DNA of 34,727 nucleotides from NCBI GenBank assembly GCA_043750125.1, contig JAYVCD010000119.1:1-34727 (forward strand), in the 5' to 3' direction. Under the pieces are notes generated by a model that saw nothing but the letters and a program-made list of their open reading frames with translations, was not told the DNA's origin and searched no databases. The position numbers and the translations under genes are program-made. This DNA is from Archangiaceae bacterium. GTDB lineage: Bacteria > Myxococcota > Myxococcia > Myxococcales > Myxococcaceae. Within the stretch, counting starts at the first letter, position 1; each line of letters opens with the position of its first letter. Positions 1 through 8,402 of the stretch are shown piece by piece.

Positions 1-97
1 GGAACGCACGCCGGGCTGTGCCCGGCAAGCTGTCCCCAGTTGCGAGGTGGATCAGTTTCAGACCGCCAGGTGGATCACTTTCAAGCCGCCCGGATCA
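1..97. mobile_element. Probable IS21-family terminal region (element extends beyond the window's left edge)
   Basis: Two tandem 23-bp near-identical repeats at 45-67 (aggtggatcagtttcagaccgcc) and 68-90 (aggtggatcactttcaagccgcc), followed by cggatCA ending at 97. Multiple subterminal repeats and TG...CA ends are typical of IS21 elements. No istA/istB is visible in the window. Confidence 0.55.
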
Positions 98-399
98 AAG
101 GGGGTCCCTACTAATATTAGTCAGCCCCCCCAAACCGCCCCGCGCCACCCCCGAAGCGAACGCGTCGCAGCTTCCGCGAGGTCGACAAAGGCAAGGTCAC
201 CGCTGTCGCCACGAGAAGTTCCTCACCACGGGACCTTTCGTCGACCCCGGTCTCGTCGAGCGACTGCGCGAGGCACTTGTCGAAGTGACCTTCGAGTCGG
301 AGGAGCAAAAGAGCCTCCTCAACATCGTCAGCCAATGGATGCCCATGGCGAAAAAACCAACAACCCCTCGATCGAGAGTTCGGTTCCGAACGGATCACC

Positions 400-664
400 A
401 AGCGTCTCGAGATCAAAGGGCTCGAGGCACCCTGTGCTCAGCTGAAGACGGCCGCGGACGCAGCCCGTGCTTGCGGCCCGGCCCGCGGCGGATTTTGATC
501 ACGGGCCCGACCGGCACTGGAAAGACGACGCTGATTCGCGCGGTGGCGTCCGATGCGTCGCTGCAGTTGCTGGCAGCGAGTTCATCGAGGTGTTCGCGGG
601 CATCCCTGCATTCTGGCCATCGACGATGTTGACGCGTTCGCCACTCGCCGCGGGGCTCCGGGTG
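400..664 (+). pseudogene. Degenerate FtsH-like AAA+ ATPase remnant split over three frames
   Basis: Consecutive motifs lie in different frames: RRILITGPTGTGKTTLIRAVASDA (Walker A, from 483), AGSEFIEVFAG (cf. FtsH SGSDFVEMFVG) and HPCILAIDDVDAFATRRG (cf. Walker B PCIIFIDEIDAVGRQRG). EIKGLEAPCAQLK upstream is a weaker match. Confidence 0.7.
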
Positions 665-2230
665 TCACAAATCGTAGCGAGCGCCCACGACGACTTGATC
701 GTTTCGACCGAAGTAACCCAGCGGGCTGTAGGGCGAACCTTCGAAGAACTCTGCTCCCGCCCAGATTTTCACCTTCTCCAGCCCCTGAAAAGTGACTCGG
801 GGAGCGAGGCTGAAGCTGCGCTGCACCGGCTCGAACCCCGCGCTGAGGGCGATCACCAGGCGGTCCTTCCACAGCGTGTAACCGACGTTGGCCAGGAAGA
901 GATGAAACCAGGCGGTGCGGTCGACCCCCACCGCGGTCGCCGGCTCGAGCAAAAGAACCTGTTCCTGCGCCCCCACGTTCGGCACCGCCATGCCCAGATA
1001 GCTCACCGCCCACACCCACTTCGACTCGGCGGCGGTGCTGTACCCCACCACCCAGGTCACCGCGCTTTTGTTCACCGGAGCGAACTGCGCATCGAAGAAC
1101 GTCTGGCGCGGCGAGTACGAGACATCGATGTCGAGCTGGCCTGGGCCCACCAACATCGAGCCTTCCGCCGAGAAGATGTGCTGGCGCAGGTACTCGCCGC
1201 GGAACAGCGTCTCGTTGGCCGCCAGTCGGTTCTGCACCGAGACCGCGACGGCGGGGTCGACCGTCCTCCCCGACGACTGGCTCGACAGCAAGGACTGCAG
1301 CTCGCCATCGAGGGTGACCTGGGGAAGCTTCTCGTTGATCCACGCCCAGCTGGCTCCGAGCTTCAACCGCCCGGTGGTCACGACGCGCAGCGCGAGGTCC
1401 CCCAGGAACGCCGGTGGCCTCCGGGTCTCGAGCAGCCGTTCTTGAATCAGGTCTTCCACCGTCGGGTCGATTCGGCGCGTCGGCAGCGCCGGAGCCAGCG
1501 CGGGCTGCAACAACCCCTCGTCCTGCCCGAACAACACAAAGCGGCTCGGAGTGAAAAACGGCGCGTAGGCGGCGAGCCACGACACCTTGCCCAGCTCACC
1601 GCGCGCGCGAATGGCGAACACCGGAACTACCGCATCGTCGGGATCCTGGGCGGCCAGCCCCACCCGGAAGTCTTTGGGGTTGAGCGCATCGGCCGGAGCG
1701 AGCGCGGCATTGGCCCCCATCGGGATGCGTTGGTTGCCCACCCGCAGGTCGACCCGGTCGGTGTAGACATCGACGAACGCCTCGCCCAGATTCGGCTCGA
1801 AAAACGCCTTGGTGCGATCGAAATCCCGCTGCGAGCCGGCGCGCACCCAGGCCTTGCCTTCGAGAAACAGCCGCACCGACTTGTTCACCTTCACGTCGAT
1901 TCCCAGCCGCGCGCGCAGCTGACCGTCCCACACGTTTTCGGCGAGCTCAGCGCGGCGGGGCGATTCCCAGACGGTGTCGACCGCCGCCATTCCCTGCACG
2001 CTTCCGCTCACCTGCACGCTCGGCGCGCTGCTCGGTGCCTCGAACTGCTCGAGGCCCGGCCCGATTTCTGGCGCGAAGGGTTCGATCGCAAGAGGGGCTG
2101 CGTCGCTCGATTCGCCGGTCGCGCACCCCCCCCCGCCATCGGTCCACGTCACCGCCGGGCAGGGCGCCGCCGACTGCGCAAAGACAGTCGAGGCCGCGCC
2201 CACGCTGAGCCACACCAGGAGCCTGCGCAC
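665..2230 (-). CDS. Putative outer-membrane beta-barrel protein (DUF1302-like)
   Basis: Signal peptide (…STVFA-Q), a DLRVGNQRIPMG segment, many amphipathic beta-strands and a C-terminal VVVGARYDL; lies 7 bp downstream of a LolA-like gene. Confidence 0.65.
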   Translation of the reverse strand: MRRLLVWLSVGAASTVFAQSAAPCPAVTWTDGGGGCATGESSDAAPLAIEPFAPEIGPGLEQFEAPSSAPSVQVSGSVQGMAAVDTVWESPRRAELAENVWDGQLRARLGIDVKVNKSVRLFLEGKAWVRAGSQRDFDRTKAFFEPNLGEAFVDVYTDRVDLRVGNQRIPMGANAALAPADALNPKDFRVGLAAQDPDDAVVPVFAIRARGELGKVSWLAAYAPFFTPSRFVLFGQDEGLLQPALAPALPTRRIDPTVEDLIQERLLETRRPPAFLGDLALRVVTTGRLKLGASWAWINEKLPQVTLDGELQSLLSSQSSGRTVDPAVAVSVQNRLAANETLFRGEYLRQHIFSAEGSMLVGPGQLDIDVSYSPRQTFFDAQFAPVNKSAVTWVVGYSTAAESKWVWAVSYLGMAVPNVGAQEQVLLLEPATAVGVDRTAWFHLFLANVGYTLWKDRLVIALSAGFEPVQRSFSLAPRVTFQGLEKVKIWAGAEFFEGSPYSPLGYFGRNDQVVVGARYDL

Positions 2231-2237
2231 GAGTCTG

Positions 2238-3002
2238 TTAACCGCGCTCGAGCGCCCGTTCGGTGTACGCGTCGTCAGACGAAGCCGCGTCTTCCAACTT
2301 GAGCACCGTCAGCTGGGTCTTGGTCCCGGTCTGCAGGTTTTCCATCACGCTCTGGGCCGCAATCGTTCGGTCCTTGAACGCCTTCAACTTCAACGCCCGG
2401 TACCTCTTCAACGGCTTGCCCGCCTTGTCTGCATACTCGACCTTCATCGGGACCCAGGTCTGCTTGTCGACGAACAACTTCACCTCGCCATAGGGCGAAT
2501 CGTCGCCTCCTTTCCCCAGCAAGACGAAGCAGTCGCGCCCATCGACCTTGTCGTCGGGAAGCCGCTTGTTCTCTTCGTCCTTCGAGCCGTTGCTGGCGAT
2601 GTCGGCGTACGAAAAGTCGGTGTCCATGAACGCCTTGCCCCGCTCGGTCTTCGCCACTTTGCGCACCCGCTTGAGCTTGGGAAGGTACAGCGAGATGTCG
2701 TCGGCTTCGCCCGGGCCGCCTTCGATGGTGAGAAAGGCGACGCCCGCGACGCCGGCCGGCTGAATGAAACGAGACAGCGCGTGGTTCTTGCCGCCGACGT
2801 TCTTGGACGAAGTGCTCAGCACCTGGTCCTTCACCTTCCCGTCCGCGCTGGTGGTGGTGAGCTTCAGCTCGGCGGAAAGGTCGACCAGGTTGAGCGCTCC
2901 CCGCTCGCGCGACTTCTTCGAAATCTCGGCCGCCGACTCTTCGGCCAGCGCCACGCTCGCCGCCAGCACGCCGCACATCATCCACACTCGTCCAGAGCTC
3001 AT
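2238..3002 (-). CDS. Outer membrane lipoprotein-sorting protein (LolA-like fold)
   Basis: Signal peptide; LYLPKLKRVRK and FMDTDFSYAD family motifs; AAGGA SD upstream of the ATG. Confidence 0.85.
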   Translation of the reverse strand: MSSGRVWMMCGVLAASVALAEESAAEISKKSRERGALNLVDLSAELKLTTTSADGKVKDQVLSTSSKNVGGKNHALSRFIQPAGVAGVAFLTIEGGPGEADDISLYLPKLKRVRKVAKTERGKAFMDTDFSYADIASNGSKDEENKRLPDDKVDGRDCFVLLGKGGDDSPYGEVKLFVDKQTWVPMKVEYADKAGKPLKRYRALKLKAFKDRTIAAQSVMENLQTGTKTQLTVLKLEDAASSDDAYTERALERG

Positions 3003-3011
3003 GCAGGGTCC

Positions 3012-4805
3012 TTACTTCACCGATGCAGGCTGGGCCCGGGCATTCGAGCGTTGCAGCTCGGCTTCCAGCCGCTGCTGCGCCGCCTTCAGCCGTTCGTCCC
3101 GGGGAAGAAAGGAGCGCGCAGTGGAAATCCGTTCCAGCGCCCGGGGCACGTTGCCGCGCGCCACCTCGCACCGCGCGTCTGCTTCCAGCGCCCACGGGTC
3201 TTCCGGAGCGTAGAGCACCGCGGCCGCGGAGGCCTCGCAGGCCCGCGCGATTTCGCCCATCTGCAGCAGGGCCAACGCCAGCTCGCGGCGCGACGAGACA
3301 TCGGCCGGCTCTCCACGAACGGCGGCGCCCAGCGCATCGGCGGCGGCGGCCCACTCGCCCTCTCGAAGCAGCGCCCCGCCCAGCCGGGCCAGCACGTCGG
3401 GGGCGTTGGGAAACAGCAGCGCCTTCCCGCGCGCTTCTCGCAGGCTTCTGGGCTCATCGAATCGGATTCCCGCCACCATCGCATCGGCCACATGCCCGTA
3501 GCGCGGAAACTCGTCTGGGAAAGTGAACACCAGCTGGTAGACCAGCTCGCCGCGCGGGACGAAGTAAGCGGTGAGGTGGGTGGACCCCTGCGGCGCGTAA
3601 AAGCGGGCGTTGACCCTCACTGCGTTGCGCCCCCCCAACCACGTAATCACCGGAGCCTCGGGGACCACTTTGAAGACTTCCGGCCCGAGCGACAGCGGGT
3701 TCAACCTTTCGTCGATGAAGGCCTGGGCGCTGGCCACCGCGTCGGCCATCAGGCTGGCGTTGCCGACCTGAACTGCTTCGGCCGCGAAGCTCGCGCGCCC
3801 CAGCTCAGGCAGGCCGTTGTACCAGGCGAGGCTGCCCAGGGGGTTGGCGCCCTTGAGCCAGCCGCGGGGCACGGGCACCGAAATGCCGAACGCATCGTCC
3901 CGCTCGAGGCGCAGCACCGGCAGCCATTCCCCCAGCAGCTGCTGCCCGAACAGCACGCACGCCAGGATTCCCAGCGACGGAGCCGCACGCAGCGCCGGGC
4001 TCCACCACGCCGCGGGCTCGGTCAGCAACCGGGGCCGCATGAACGCCGCGCAGGTCATCCCCGCGATCAGCCCTCCAAAGTGGGCCCAGTTGTCGATGCC
4101 TTTGGAATTCAGGCCAATCAGCAGCAGCCCGGCCACCGTAGGAATCGCCGCTTCTCCCAGCACCCGCCGGTACCGCGAAGGCAGCAGCCCCCGGTATTTC
4201 AGCCCGAAGACCACCACCCCCCCCAGGCAGCCGTACACCATGCCCGAGGCGCCAATGCTCACCGCGTCCGAGAGGAACAGCGAAGCGGTCATCGTCGCGA
4301 TCCCCGAGAAGACCAGCAGCCAGAGATAGTCGAGGGTGCGGTAGGTGTTCTCGAGCGCCCCGCCCACGTTGAAGAGCACGAACATGTTCAGACCGATGTG
4401 GAGCCCATCGCGGTGCAGAAAGTTGGCCGTCAGCAGCCGCCACAGCTCGCCCAGGTCCGTCACCAGTGGCCCCACCTTCGCGCCGAAACGCACCATCTCG
4501 TCGAAGTCCAGCGAGCCGTGGGTCACGGTGGAAAGGTAGACGGCGAGGTTCAGCAGGATCAGCGCCGAGGTCATCCACGGGAAGCGGGCGATGGAAAAAG
4601 TGCGGGCGAAGAAGGCGCGGCGGGGCTCGTGCAGCGATTGGTAGAGCTTCAGCTCGCAGGCGGGAACGAAGCTGTCGCCGGTGACCGCGGGGACCCGCAC
4701 GAGGCTTTGGGGCGACACTTCTCCTCGACGGACGCGCGTCTCGAACTCGGCCAAATCGACGCGTTCGTCGCCCGATTCGGTCCGCAGCGTGAGGGGTTGA
4801 CTCAT
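3012..4805 (-). CDS. Rhomboid intramembrane serine protease with N-terminal GYF_2-like and C-terminal TPR domains
   Basis: GELWRLLTANFLH, HIGLN, catalytic GASG and NWAHFGGL motifs; the C-terminus has Ala-rich TPR-like helices. Confidence 0.9.
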   Translation of the reverse strand: MSQPLTLRTESGDERVDLAEFETRVRRGEVSPQSLVRVPAVTGDSFVPACELKLYQSLHEPRRAFFARTFSIARFPWMTSALILLNLAVYLSTVTHGSLDFDEMVRFGAKVGPLVTDLGELWRLLTANFLHRDGLHIGLNMFVLFNVGGALENTYRTLDYLWLLVFSGIATMTASLFLSDAVSIGASGMVYGCLGGVVVFGLKYRGLLPSRYRRVLGEAAIPTVAGLLLIGLNSKGIDNWAHFGGLIAGMTCAAFMRPRLLTEPAAWWSPALRAAPSLGILACVLFGQQLLGEWLPVLRLERDDAFGISVPVPRGWLKGANPLGSLAWYNGLPELGRASFAAEAVQVGNASLMADAVASAQAFIDERLNPLSLGPEVFKVVPEAPVITWLGGRNAVRVNARFYAPQGSTHLTAYFVPRGELVYQLVFTFPDEFPRYGHVADAMVAGIRFDEPRSLREARGKALLFPNAPDVLARLGGALLREGEWAAAADALGAAVRGEPADVSSRRELALALLQMGEIARACEASAAAVLYAPEDPWALEADARCEVARGNVPRALERISTARSFLPRDERLKAAQQRLEAELQRSNARAQPASVK

Positions 4806-4892
4806 GGGGTCTTCAAAGTAGCTAAAAAGCCGTCGTGATTTGGCGAGGATGGCTTTGTTGCATCGTCGATTGTGGTGCTAGAAATCGTCTGC

Positions 4893-6743
4893 GTGCTGAA
4901 GCTGATCATCGAAGACGACGAAGGCCGGAAGACAGTCGTCCCGTTCGTACGGGATGAGATCACCATTGGCCGGCAAGAAGGCAACACGATCCGTTTGACG
5001 GAACGCAATGTGTCGCGCCGCCATGCCCGGCTGGTGCGTCAGAACGGGCACGTGTTGGTCGAGGATCTCGGCAGCTACAACGGGATCCGGATCAACGGCG
5101 ACAAGATTCAAGGCCAGGTTCCGGTTCACGAAGGCGACCTGATTCAAATTGGCGATTACGACCTGGCGGTGCAGACCGAGCCGAGCCAACAGCAGGCGAA
5201 CCCCTCGACTTCGGCGACCTCTCCGCTTTTGCCGGTCCACCCCGGGATGAACCCCGCCGACGCCGACGGGCTCGAAAAAACCGCTCAGCGCGTCAGCGCC
5301 GCGGCCAACGCGCAGACGGTCAAGCTGCCCGACCTCAACGCCACCGCTCCGGCGTTGCCGGTCGTCAACGATGCCAGCGCCACGCTGGGCGCAGACGATG
5401 ACGGCCCAGAAGAAGCAGACCCCGATGACGTGCAGTCTGCTTCCGGCGAATCGGACACCGGGCGGCGACAGTCGACGGCGATCATCCGCATGGACCAGGT
5501 CGAGGGGAACCGCCCCCGGCAAATCGTCGACATTGATCCCGCCGAAGCCCCGCGGCTGGTGGTGCTCAACACCGAGTTTGCCGGCCGGGAGTTCGCCTGC
5601 ATTCGCACCGAGCTGCGAATCGGCCGCATCGAAGACAACGACATTGCCCTCGACCACCGCTCGCTGTCCCGCACCCACTGCAAGATCGTTCGCGAGGACA
5701 CCGGGGAATGGCGGGTGGTGGACATGCAGTCCGCCAACGGGCTGACCGTCAACGGCGAGCCCTACGCCCAATCGGCCCTGCGCACCGGAGACACCCTCGA
5801 GCTGGGGCACGTGAAGTTCAAGTTCGTCGGCCCCGGAGAAAGCTTCACCCTCTCGCCTTCGGTCGATGGGGTGCACGTCAAGCAGAGCAGCAATTCGCGG
5901 GCGCCGATGCTCGCCACTCTGACCGCGATTTTGATCGCGGTGGCCGGCGCGGGCTACTGGTTCGTGTTGCGAAAGAAGCCGGCGGAAGTTCCGAAGGTCG
6001 ACGAGATCGCCCAGCCGGTCGTCGACGAGGTCACCCGACCGGAAGTCCCCAAGCCTCCCGAAGAGCTCACTCCCGAAGAGCAGAACAAGCTGACCGCCCG
6101 GAAGCTCGCTGCGGCGAACCAGGCGATCGAAGAGCTCGACTGGAAGAAGGCCGACGAGATCCTCAAGACCTGCTTCGTCGGCGAGTCACCCTGCCCCGAG
6201 GCCACGGTGTTGATCGGCCAGATGAACCAGGAAAAAGGCCAGCGGCTCGCGCTACAGAATGCCGAAGCGGCGCTGGCGGCGGGCGACCTTCAGAAGGCGC
6301 AAGCCGAGCTGAACATGGCCGCCAGCAGCAAGCTGCTCACCAAGCGCTTCAAGCTCGCCGAGGCCCGGTTCAAGCAGGACGCCGCCCGCGAGCTGGGCGC
6401 GAAGCCGGTCAAGCCGATCGAACACACCAAGCCTCCCGAGCCGCCGCGTGTCGCCGAAGTGGTGAAGCCGACGGTGGATCCTTCGACCGCGCTGTTTGAT
6501 GAAGGCAAGCGCCTCTACAAGGCGATGCAATACCCCGCTGCGAAGGCCCAGCTCGAGAAGTGCATCAAGGTCGCGCCGAAGAACGCCGACTGTCACAAGC
6601 TGCTCGGCAGCACCTGGGCCAAGCTGAACGAGCCGGACAAGGGCGCGCGCGAGTACCGGGAATTCGTGAAGCTCGCCTCTCCGGACCACGCCGACCTGGC
6701 CAAAGTGAAGACCATCCTCGACAGCTTCGAGAAGCAAAAGTAA
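4893..6743 (+). CDS. Tandem FHA-domain, single-TM, C-terminal TPR protein
   Basis: FHA1 (IGRQEGN…VSRRHA…DLGSYNG) and FHA2 (IGRIEDND…LSRTHC…DMQSANG), a TM helix (MLATLTAILIAVAGAGYWFVL), a Pro-rich linker and TPRs. GTG start at 4893 chosen. Confidence 0.9.
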   Translation: MLKLIIEDDEGRKTVVPFVRDEITIGRQEGNTIRLTERNVSRRHARLVRQNGHVLVEDLGSYNGIRINGDKIQGQVPVHEGDLIQIGDYDLAVQTEPSQQQANPSTSATSPLLPVHPGMNPADADGLEKTAQRVSAAANAQTVKLPDLNATAPALPVVNDASATLGADDDGPEEADPDDVQSASGESDTGRRQSTAIIRMDQVEGNRPRQIVDIDPAEAPRLVVLNTEFAGREFACIRTELRIGRIEDNDIALDHRSLSRTHCKIVREDTGEWRVVDMQSANGLTVNGEPYAQSALRTGDTLELGHVKFKFVGPGESFTLSPSVDGVHVKQSSNSRAPMLATLTAILIAVAGAGYWFVLRKKPAEVPKVDEIAQPVVDEVTRPEVPKPPEELTPEEQNKLTARKLAAANQAIEELDWKKADEILKTCFVGESPCPEATVLIGQMNQEKGQRLALQNAEAALAAGDLQKAQAELNMAASSKLLTKRFKLAEARFKQDAARELGAKPVKPIEHTKPPEPPRVAEVVKPTVDPSTALFDEGKRLYKAMQYPAAKAQLEKCIKVAPKNADCHKLLGSTWAKLNEPDKGAREYREFVKLASPDHADLAKVKTILDSFEKQK

Positions 6744-6748
6744 CCCTC

Positions 6749-7354
6749 GTGCGCCACTCCACTTCCATCCGAGCGCTGGTTGTCGACGACGAAGTCGAGA
6801 ACGCCGACCTGTTCAAGCTGATCCTCAGCAAAGAGGGCTACCAGGTCACTTCGCTGACGGATCCCACCCAGGCGGTGGGCGAGCTGAAGGCGCACGACTA
6901 CCACCTGGTCGTGCTCGACATGATGATGCCGCAGATGTCGGGCACCGAGCTGCTCAAAGAAATTCGCAAATGGGACGACGACATCGCGGTGATCGTCGCC
7001 ACCGGCTACCCGACCGTCGACACCGCCGTCGAGAGCCTCAAGCTTGCGGCCAGCGATTACGTGCGCAAGCCGGTCGAGCCCGCAGAGTTCATCGCCACGG
7101 TCCGCAACGTCCTCAGCAAGAAGGGCATCTCTCGAGACCCCGAGGCGGACCTGCACCGCAACATCGGCCGCTTCATCCGCGACGGGCGCACCAAGCAGAG
7201 CCTCACCTTGAAGCAGCTGGCCCGTCGCACCGGGCTGTCGGTCTCGTTGCTCTCGCAAATCGAACGGGCCGAAAGCTCAGCTTCGATTTCCTCGCTCTAC
7301 AAAATCGCTTCGGCGCTGAAGGTGCCGATGAGCGAGCTGTTCGGCGATTCCTGA
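6749..7354 (+). CDS. digR: Response regulator with receiver and Xre-type HTH domains (DigR-like)
   Basis: LVVDD, LDMMMP, TG and KP receiver motifs; HTH_3 segment LTLKQLARRTGLSVSLLSQIER. The architecture matches Myxococcus DigR. GTG start is 5 bp after the upstream stop. Confidence 0.8.
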   Translation: MRHSTSIRALVVDDEVENADLFKLILSKEGYQVTSLTDPTQAVGELKAHDYHLVVLDMMMPQMSGTELLKEIRKWDDDIAVIVATGYPTVDTAVESLKLAASDYVRKPVEPAEFIATVRNVLSKKGISRDPEADLHRNIGRFIRDGRTKQSLTLKQLARRTGLSVSLLSQIERAESSASISSLYKIASALKVPMSELFGDS

Positions 7355-7367
7355 AGTCCCTCGCCCG

Positions 7368-8132
7368 TTAGCGGCCGGAAAACTTCGGGGCCCGGCGAGC
7401 CAGGAATGCTTCCCGACCTTCCCGCGCATCGGCGCTGTTGAACGCGGCCCGCCGCAGCGCTTCGAGTGCCAGGTCCTCTGCGGGGCTCGGGCCTCCGCGA
7501 AGCAGCGCGCTGAAGGTCTGCTTCATTCCAGAGATTGCCAGCGGAGCGGCCCCCGCCAGGTCTCGGCAGACTTCCAGCGCCCGAATCTCAGCTTCGGCGG
7601 TGAGCACGTCGAGCAGTCCGAACTGCCGGGCCTCTTCGGCCTCGATTCGCGCCCCGGTGAGCAACATCCACTTTGCGCGGCCCAGGCCGGTGAGCGCGGC
7701 GACGCGCCGAATGCCGCGGGCGGCGTAGACCACTCCGATTTTTGCCGGGGGCAGGCAGAACACCGCCTGGGCGTTGCCGACCCGAAAGTCGCAGGCGCAG
7801 GCCAGCTCGCAGCCCGCACCAAAAGCCGGGCCGGTCACCAACGCTACCGACGGCGCCCGGTGGTGCTGCAGCAGGTCGAACACGTCGCCGATTTCCTCGT
7901 CCGGCAGCGGGCCTTCCCCCACCGCGGTCAGCGACGACAAGTCATAGCCTGCGGAAAAGGCGCCCTCTCCTTCGCCTCGCACCAACCAGCAGCGCACGTC
8001 CACCGCGGTCAGCAGCGCCGCGCGAAGCTGAGCCAGGGCCCCGTCATCGAGCGCGTTCTTCCGCGCCGGGTGGCTCAAGGTCAGGCAGAAGATGCCCTCC
8101 CCGCGGTCGGCAACTGTGAAGGTGGCCGGCAC
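7368..8132 (-). CDS. Enoyl-CoA hydratase/isomerase (crotonase) family protein
   Basis: AFSAGYDL, AFGAGCELACACDFR and DAREGREAF…R.PKF.GR motifs. Confidence 0.92.
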   Translation of the reverse strand: MPATFTVADRGEGIFCLTLSHPARKNALDDGALAQLRAALLTAVDVRCWLVRGEGEGAFSAGYDLSSLTAVGEGPLPDEEIGDVFDLLQHHRAPSVALVTGPAFGAGCELACACDFRVGNAQAVFCLPPAKIGVVYAARGIRRVAALTGLGRAKWMLLTGARIEAEEARQFGLLDVLTAEAEIRALEVCRDLAGAAPLAISGMKQTFSALLRGGPSPAEDLALEALRRAAFNSADAREGREAFLARRAPKFSGR

Positions 8133-8144
8133 GGACGAAAAGAT

Positions 8145-8357
8145 TCAGCCGAGAACCACCAGCACGTCGCCTTCGTTCACCGCCTGCGTTTCCTTGCAGC
8201 GAATCTCTTTCACCGTGCCGCCCTCGGTGGCTTCGACCGGCATTTCCATCTTCATCGACTCGAGGATCACCAGGGTGTCCCCGGCGTTCACCGCCTGCCC
8301 GACCTTGCATTCAATCTTCCAGACAGTTCCGGTGATGTGCGCAGCAACGTCCGCCAT
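8145..8357 (-). CDS. accB: Biotin carboxyl carrier protein
   Basis: ESMKME biotinylation motif in a 70-aa stand-alone biotinyl domain; AGGAGA SD. Confidence 0.9.
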   Translation of the reverse strand: MADVAAHITGTVWKIECKVGQAVNAGDTLVILESMKMEMPVEATEGGTVKEIRCKETQAVNEGDVLVVLG

Positions 8358-8402
8358 GGGTCGTCTCCTGAAAAAACGGTAAACGTGAGAGGAAGAAGAG
8401 AG

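Noticed and set aside
1974-4838. 954-aa plus-strand ORF (also 467-2302, 8745-10094, 9806-11032, 11153-12790, 16879-18354)
   Set aside because: These are antisense shadows of well-supported genes in high-GC DNA, with Arg/Gly/His-rich translations. Only the first ~45 codons of 467-2302 contain part of the AAA remnant.
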